Both the position numbers and the translations under genes were made by a program. From Candidatus Merdivicinus intestinigallinarum (GTDB lineage Bacteria; Bacillota; Clostridia; Oscillospirales; Ruminococcaceae), in assembly GCA_018713335.1 (NCBI GenBank), contig DVOW01000025.1, forward strand, positions 46,457 to 110,456: a DNA stretch of 64,000 nt. The letters are read 5' to 3'. This document shows positions 59,487 through 64,000 of the stretch, one piece after another (position 1 is the first letter of the stretch; every line of letters begins with the position of its first letter). The notes beneath the pieces were generated by a model, which worked only from the letters and a program-made list of their open reading frames with translations, searched no databases and was not told the origin of the DNA.

Positions 59487-59522
59487 GAAAAACCCGCCTT
59501 CCCAATGGGAGGACGGGTTTTG
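59487..59522. terminator. Intrinsic terminator after the small zinc-ribbon gene
   Basis: AAAAA-CCCGCCTTCCC-aat-GGGAGGACGGG-TTTT, with one internal mismatch. Confidence 0.6.
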
Positions 59523-59525
59523 TAT

Positions 59526-59738
59526 TTAAAAGGAAATCCGTTTGCGCAGATAATAGAGCTCCCGGCCCAGGGAATAGAGGCCCAGGACCAAAATCCCGAC
59601 AGCCGCCAGCAGAGGGCCGAACCGCAGGAAAAATTCCTTTGCGTTAAAAATCTCATTTCCAATACAATCCGTACCGCAGCATATGCAGTAAGGCATATCC
59701 TCCGACAGTTTCCGGTGCCATCTGGGGCACCTCATCAT
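59526..59738 (-). CDS. Small zinc-ribbon membrane protein (70 aa)
   Basis: The ATG at 59738 is 6 nt after AAGGA. The sequence is MMRCPRWHRKLSEDMPYCICCG... followed by one TM helix (FGPLLAAVGILVLGLYSL). Confidence 0.55.
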   Translation of the reverse strand: MMRCPRWHRKLSEDMPYCICCGTDCIGNEIFNAKEFFLRFGPLLAAVGILVLGLYSLGRELYYLRKRISF

Positions 59739-59888
59739 GATACATCCTTTTATTATAGGGTATATGCCAATTATATCACATATATGTTTAAAAGTAAACA
59801 TATATAGATGTATTTATTAAACATGTTTTTATCGGATAAAATATGCAATAATAAAACATAGGAATTGATATATTGGAGGGTTGCTTCC

Positions 59889-60095
59889 ATGGATGAACTG
59901 AAAATAACCAAAAAGACGGAACCAGTCATGTTTACAATACGAGTGGACAAATCCATTGTTGATTTTTATGATAACCTGTCCAGGGAAACCAAGCGCAGCC
60001 GGAATGAATTGATTGCTATGGCGTTGGAATTTGCAATGGATAAAATTAAGGTTGAACCGCTTCCCGAAAATCAGGAGAAACCGGCAGAAATGTAG
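59889..60095 (+). CDS. Small ribbon-helix-helix (CopG/Arc-like) protein
   Basis: The ATG at 59889 follows TGGAGGG. 68 aa. FTIRVDKSIVDFYDNLSRETKRSRNELIAMALEFAM fits a beta-strand/helix/helix RHH pattern. The TAG stop is supplied by a GTAG repeat head. Confidence 0.6.
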   Translation: MDELKITKKTEPVMFTIRVDKSIVDFYDNLSRETKRSRNELIAMALEFAMDKIKVEPLPENQEKPAEM

Positions 60096-60158
60096 GGGCG
60101 GGGTTTCCCCGCCCGCCATTATCTCGGATTTCTGCGGGCCGGGTGACCCGGCCTCTAC
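60092..60158. repeat. REPIN-like doublet E4
   Basis: GTAGGGGCGGGG-tttc-CCCGCCC ... GGGCCGGG-tga-CCCGGCCTCTAC. The two hairpins are in inverted orientation and the heads are GTAG and CTAC. Confidence 0.7.
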
Positions 60159-60210
60159 AAACGATAGTCCCATGACGGCAAATTAATCTTGCCGTTTCAA
60201 AGGTGATAGT

Positions 60211-60507
60211 ATGATTGATGAAACGATAAAACAATTACGGATAAAGAATAACATGACCCAAAGCCAGCTGGCCAAACGGCTTGGCATTACCCGTTCCAGT
60301 GTTAACGCCTGGGAAATGGGGATTTCTGTTCCAACCACCCAATATCTGGTGGAATTATCTCTGATTTTTCAAGTATCCACAGATTATCTTCTGGGATTGG
60401 ACAAAAAGGCCACCTTGGATATTTCCGGATTGACCCCAAAGGATATGGACGTTCTTTATCCGTTGGTTCAGCATTTGCGATCTTTGAATCAAGAAAAAGA
60501 GGAATAA
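60211..60507 (+). CDS. XRE-family HTH regulator (98 aa)
   Basis: AAAGGTGA RBS. The HTH segment is MTQSQLAKRLGITRSSVNAWEMGISVPTTQYLVELS. Confidence 0.8.
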   Translation: MIDETIKQLRIKNNMTQSQLAKRLGITRSSVNAWEMGISVPTTQYLVELSLIFQVSTDYLLGLDKKATLDISGLTPKDMDVLYPLVQHLRSLNQEKEE

Positions 60508-60511
60508 ATTT

Positions 60512-60590
60512 GTAGGGGCGGGGTTTCCTCGCCCGTTGTTTTTTTCGCCTGGATTGAAAAAGATTAGGGGCCGGGAAACCCGGCCCCTAC
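60512..60590. repeat. REPIN-like doublet E5
   Basis: GTAGGGGCGGGG-tttcc-TCGCCC ... GGGGCCGGG-aaa-CCCGGCCCCTAC. It starts 4 nt after the XRE stop codon. Confidence 0.7.
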
Positions 60591-60607
60591 AAAATGTTTC
60601 TGCTATA

Positions 60608-60642
60608 ATAAAACCTGTCTGTTTTCACAGACAGGTTTTTTA
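60608..60642. terminator. Bidirectional intrinsic terminator
   Basis: AAACCTGTCTG-ttttca-CAGACAGGTTT followed by TTT: an 11-bp perfect stem flanked by A- and T-runs. Confidence 0.7.
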
Positions 60643-60689
60643 TCATTTGAGCAATCAGACGGTGGCGAAACAGCTTCTCTTAACAGCAA

Positions 60690-61688
60690 TTATTTGCTGG
60701 CTTCTTCGATAGCAACCGCGCAGGCAACGGTCATACCAACCATGGGGTTGTTGCCCGCGCCGATGAGGCCCATCATTTCTACGTGAGCCGGAACGGAAGA
60801 AGAACCGGCAAACTGGGCGTCGGAGTGCATACGGCCCATGGTGTCGGTCATGCCGTAAGAGGAGGGGCCGGCCGCCATGTTGTCGGGGTGCAGGGTACGG
60901 CCGGTGCCGCCGCCGGAGGCAACAGAGAAGTAGTGGAAGTTGTTTTCCACGCACCATTTCTTATAGGTGCCCGCAACGGGATGCTGGAACCGGGTGGGGT
61001 TGGTGGAGTTGCCGGTGATGGAAACGCCGACTTTCTCCAGCTTCATGATGGCAACGCCTTCGGGAACGTTATCAGCGCCGTAGCATTTAACGTCCGCACG
61101 GGGACCGTCGGAGAAGGCTTTCTCGCTGACGACTTTGACTTCCTCGGTGTAGGGATCAAACTCGGTTTCAACGTAGGTGAAGCCGTTGATGCGGGAGATG
61201 ATATAAGCCGCGTCCTTGCCCAGGCCGTTCAGGATAACCCGCAGGGGTTTTTTCCGGACTTTGTTGGCGTTCAAGGCGATTTTGATGGCGCCTTCCGCAG
61301 CCGCGAAGGACTCGTGGCCAGCTAAGAACGCGAAGCACTCGGTTTCTTCGCTCAGGAGCATTTTGCCCAGGTTGCCGTGGCCCAGGCCAACTTTACGGTT
61401 TTCCGCAACGGAGCCGGGGATGCAGAAAGCCTGGAGGCCGATGCCGATAGCGGCGGCGGCGTCAGCAGCTTTGGTGCAGCCTTTCTTGATGGCGATCGCG
61501 GAGCCGACGGTGTAAGCCCATTTGGCGTTTTCAAAGCAGATGGGCTGGGTTTCCTGCACAATGGTGTAAGGGTCGATGCCCTTTTCCTCGCAGATGGTCT
61601 TGCACTCATCGATGGAGGAAATGCCGTATTCTTTCAGAACGCCGAGGATTTTCGCCTCGCGTCTCTCGTATCCTTCAAAAGTAGCCAT
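60690..61688 (-). CDS. GGGtGRT-family protein (conserved, function unknown)
   Basis: AAGGAGGG RBS; 332 aa. It contains the family-defining motif in VASGGGTGRTLHPDN. The length matches the 316-331 aa typical of this family. Confidence 0.9.
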   Translation of the reverse strand: MATFEGYERREAKILGVLKEYGISSIDECKTICEEKGIDPYTIVQETQPICFENAKWAYTVGSAIAIKKGCTKAADAAAAIGIGLQAFCIPGSVAENRKVGLGHGNLGKMLLSEETECFAFLAGHESFAAAEGAIKIALNANKVRKKPLRVILNGLGKDAAYIISRINGFTYVETEFDPYTEEVKVVSEKAFSDGPRADVKCYGADNVPEGVAIMKLEKVGVSITGNSTNPTRFQHPVAGTYKKWCVENNFHYFSVASGGGTGRTLHPDNMAAGPSSYGMTDTMGRMHSDAQFAGSSSVPAHVEMMGLIGAGNNPMVGMTVACAVAIEEASK

Positions 61689-61702
61689 TCTTCGTGCCCT
61701 CC

Positions 61703-62395
61703 TTATTCCTTGCGCGGGTCAATATACTTGACGGCGTCAGCAAATCTGCCGTAAGTGCCTTTGGACTTCTCGTATGCTTCGTTGGGTTCCATGCCCTTCT
61801 TGATGAAGTCGGTCATTTTGCCCAGGGAAACGAACTCGTAGCCGATGACCTGATCGTCCGCATCCAGAGCCATCCGGGTGCAGTAGCCTTCGGTCATTTC
61901 CAGGTAACGGACGCCTTTGGCTTTGGTGCCGTACATGGTGCCTACCATGGAACGGGCGCCTTTGCCCAGGTCTTCCATGCCTGCGCCGACAACCAGTCCG
62001 CCTTCAGAGAACGCGGACTGAGAACGGCCGTAAACGATCTGGAGGAACAGCTCCCGCATAGCGGTGTTGATGGCGTCGCAGACCAGGTCGGTGTTCAGGG
62101 CTTCCAGAACGGTTTTGCCGGGCAGGATCTCCGCGGCCATAGCAGCGGAATGGGTCATGCCGGAGCAGCCGATGGTTTCAACGAGGGCTTCCTCGATGAT
62201 GCCGTTCTTCACATTCAGGGACAGCTTGCAGGCGCCCTGCTGGGGAGCGCACCAGCCCACACCGTGGGTGTAAGCGGAAATATCCTTGATTTCTTTCGCC
62301 TCAACCCATTTGCCTTCTTCGGGAATAGGGGCGGGGCCGTGATGCGGGCCTTTGGCCACAACACACATCTCTTCTACTTCTTTCGAGTAATTCAT
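61703..62395 (-). CDS. NifU/IscU-N-terminal-domain-like protein (Fe-S scaffold-like) with a C-terminal extension
   Basis: AAGGAGG RBS; 230 aa. GVGWCAPQQGACKLSLNVKNGIIEEALVETIGCSGMTHSAAMAAE resembles the IscU/NifU scaffold core (Cys ... G-C-x-x ...). It ends 14 nt before the GGGtGRT gene. Confidence 0.8.
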   Translation of the reverse strand: MNYSKEVEEMCVVAKGPHHGPAPIPEEGKWVEAKEIKDISAYTHGVGWCAPQQGACKLSLNVKNGIIEEALVETIGCSGMTHSAAMAAEILPGKTVLEALNTDLVCDAINTAMRELFLQIVYGRSQSAFSEGGLVVGAGMEDLGKGARSMVGTMYGTKAKGVRYLEMTEGYCTRMALDADDQVIGYEFVSLGKMTDFIKKGMEPNEAYEKSKGTYGRFADAVKYIDPRKE

Positions 62396-62449
62396 AGTAG
62401 TACCTCCTTATATTGATCTGCTGGATTCCCGCGGACAAGCGGATATTCA

Positions 62450-62483
62450 AAAAATGTGCTGCCGCTATGGAGCAGCAGCACAT
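62450..62483 (-). terminator. Intrinsic terminator after gap
   Basis: On the minus strand UGUGCUGC-12 nt-GCAGCACA is followed by UUUUUU. Confidence 0.6.
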
Positions 62484-62516
62484 AAACGTTGCGATTATCC
62501 AGCTTTACGCAGCGGC

Positions 62517-63530
62517 TTATGCCAGCTCTGCGAAGTATTTGATGGTGCGGACCATCTGGCTGGTGTAGGAGTTCTCGTTGTCGTACCAGGAAACGACCTG
62601 GACCTGATAGGTGTCGTCGTTGATCTTGGTGACCATGGTCTGGGTAGCGTCGAACAGAGAGCCGTAACGGATGCCGATCACGTCGGAAGAAACGATCTGA
62701 TCCTCGTTGTAGCCGAAGGACTCGGAGGCAGCAGCTTTCATAGCGGCGTTGATGGCTTCTTTGGTAACGTCTTTGCCCTTCACGACAGCAACCAGGATGG
62801 TGGTGGAGCCGGTGGGGACAGGAACACGCTGAGCAGAGCCGATGAGCTTGCCGTTCAGCTCGGGGATAACCAGGCCGATGGCTTTTGCAGCGCCGGTGGA
62901 GTTGGGAACGATGTTGGAAGCGCCAGCGCGGGCACGGCGGAGGTCACCTTTGCGGTGCGGGCCGTCCAGGATCATCTGGTCGCCGGTGTAAGCGTGAACG
63001 GTGGTCATGATGCCGCTTTCGATGGGGAACGCATCGTTCAGGGCCTTCGCCATAGGAGCCAGGCAGTTGGTGGTGCAGGAAGCAGCAGAGATGATCTGGT
63101 CGTCCTTGGTCAGGGTGTTTTCGTTTACGCTGTAAACGATGGTCTTCAGGTCGTTGCCTGCGGGAGCAGAGATAACGACTTTCTTAGCGCCGGCGTTGAT
63201 GTGAGCCATGGCTTTCTCTTTCTTGGTGTAGAAGCCGGTGCACTCCAGAACAACGTCTACGCCCAGCTCGCCCCAGGGGCACTCAGCAGCGTCTTTGATG
63301 GCGTAAATGGTGATCTTCTTGCCGTCAACGGTGATGGAGTTCTCATCAGAGGTAACGGTGTGGCCCTCGTAACGGCCCTGCGCGGTGTCGTATTTGAGAA
63401 GGTGGGCCAGCATTTCGGGGCTGGTCAGATCGTTGATCGCAACGATTTCGTAGCCTTCAGCGCCAAACATCTGACGGAAAGCAAGACGGCCGATACGGCC
63501 AAAGCCATTGATTGCAACTTTAACTGCCAT
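62517..63530 (-). CDS. gap: Glyceraldehyde-3-phosphate dehydrogenase
   Basis: The start is moved to the ATG at 63530 ([15 protein letters not shown]), 9 nt after GGAGG. The active-site motif is [10 protein letters not shown]. 337 aa. Confidence 0.95.
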   Translation of the reverse strand: MAVKVAINGFGRIGRLAFRQMFGAEGYEIVAINDLTSPEMLAHLLKYDTAQGRYEGHTVTSDENSITVDGKKITIYAIKDAAECPWGELGVDVVLECTGFYTKKEKAMAHINAGAKKVVISAPAGNDLKTIVYSVNENTLTKDDQIISAASCTTNCLAPMAKALNDAFPIESGIMTTVHAYTGDQMILDGPHRKGDLRRARAGASNIVPNSTGAAKAIGLVIPELNGKLIGSAQRVPVPTGSTTILVAVVKGKDVTKEAINAAMKAAASESFGYNEDQIVSSDVIGIRYGSLFDATQTMVTKINDDTYQVQVVSWYDNENSYTSQMVRTIKYFAELA

Positions 63531-63799
63531 AATCATAAACCTCCAAAAAAATTTCTACTCTTATTTTATACCAAATTTTCCAAAATGACAAGGGTTTGAT
63601 AGAAAATTAACAGGATAATTCCAGTGAATTTTTTGTGAACATTCGCCGTCCCTTTTGTGCGTTCTGTACAAACAGGCCCAACCGGCCCCGGGACCGGCCG
63701 GGCTTTTTGCGTTTCCGGGAAAAATCCCCGGGAAAAGCGTTGCGGAGCAAAGTCCGGATGTGGTATACTAAAAGAAAACTGTCGAAAAGGGGGAGCCAG

Positions 63800-64000
63800 A
63801 TGCGGTTCAAGCGGATCTATATCGAAATCAGCAACATCTGCAACTTAAACTGCCCGTTCTGCGTCAAAAGCAGCCGGCCGCCCCGTTCCATGAACGAGGA
63901 GGAGTTCCGGCACATTGTACGGGAAGTCAAGCCGTTTACCGATTATATTTATTTCCACGTCAAGGGGGAGCCGCTGATGCACCCTTTGCTGGGGAAGTTT
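63800..64000 (+). CDS. Radical SAM protein, 5' fragment (continues beyond the window)
   Basis: The ATG at 63800 follows GGGGGAG. I translated it by hand as MRFKRIYIEISNICNLNCPFCVKSS..., which contains the CxxxCxxC radical-SAM cluster motif. An extended -10 TGgTATACT lies about 40 nt upstream. It is absent from the ORF track because no stop falls in the window. Confidence 0.75.
   Translation, partial: MRFKRIYIEISNICNLNCPFCVKSSRPPRSMNEEEFRHIVREVKPFTDYIYFHVKGEPLMHPLLGKF

Noticed and set aside
1-64000. tRNA, rRNA, tmRNA, RNase P, SRP RNA, transposase, integrase, or defence systems (restriction-modification, CRISPR-Cas, toxin-antitoxin with a recognisable toxin).
   Set aside because: I looked for the hallmark strings (GGTTCGAATCC-type T-loops, GAGGAAAGTCC, tmRNA tag/3' CCA context, DDE/HUH/tyrosine-recombinase motifs) and for unassigned ORFs of suitable size. 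I found none by eye. A proper scan with tRNAscan-SE, Infernal and defence-system HMMs is still needed.

Overview
This is a 64-kb chromosomal segment with high G+C (about 60% by eye) and short AT-rich intergenic islands. It looks like a spore-forming Clostridia-type Firmicute: spoVAD/spoVAEB are present, ribosome-binding sites are GGAGG-type, and promoters have sigma-A-like -35/-10 boxes. Oscillospiraceae/Ruminococcaceae-like is my guess and is not verified. I saw no rRNA, tRNA, CRISPR array, transposase or integrase. I call about 55 protein genes; several long track ORFs are antisense shadow ORFs or start too far upstream, and I corrected those starts from RBS positions. Main blocks: (1) 1-14962 is a mannoside/glycan block. 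It has two uncharacterised hydrolase-like genes and a seven-gene minus-strand operon: DHS-like protein, RfaE-like PfkB kinase, two GH38 alpha-mannosidases, ROK regulator, HAD hydrolase and GmhA-like SIS protein. A Hyi-like isomerase follows. (2) 14963-16059 is a 1.1-kb gene-free stretch packed with GTAG-headed GC-rich palindromes (REP/REPIN-like). It also holds a pair of face-to-face consensus promoters with their own intrinsic terminators, which I read as candidate overlapping antisense RNAs. (3) 16-35 kb holds spoVAD-spoVAEB, an Fe-S aldo/keto reductase, MFS transporters, an ABC-F ATPase with a leader-peptide/attenuator-like 5' region, HtrA, GH25 lysozyme, several XRE regulators, pyk, a wHTH-LicC fusion, prmA and a methyltransferase. 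(4) 35-42.5 kb holds an HTH/coiled-coil/Cys-rich beta-helix-repeat protein and four divergent URO-D/MtaA-like paralogs with an AraC regulator and no corrinoid protein. (5) 44.9-58.6 kb is a second glycan locus: LacI, a third GH38, GH130 phosphorylase, a frameshifted plus an intact solute-binding protein, two permeases, a TIM-barrel isomerase and a GH109-like oxidoreductase. (6) 59.7-60.6 kb is a small AT-rich module with RHH and XRE genes, each followed by a REPIN-like doublet. (7) 60.7-63.5 kb is gap followed by a NifU-like/GGGtGRT gene pair of unknown function, then the 5' end of a radical-SAM gene. Every family call comes from reading motifs by eye. No database search was run.
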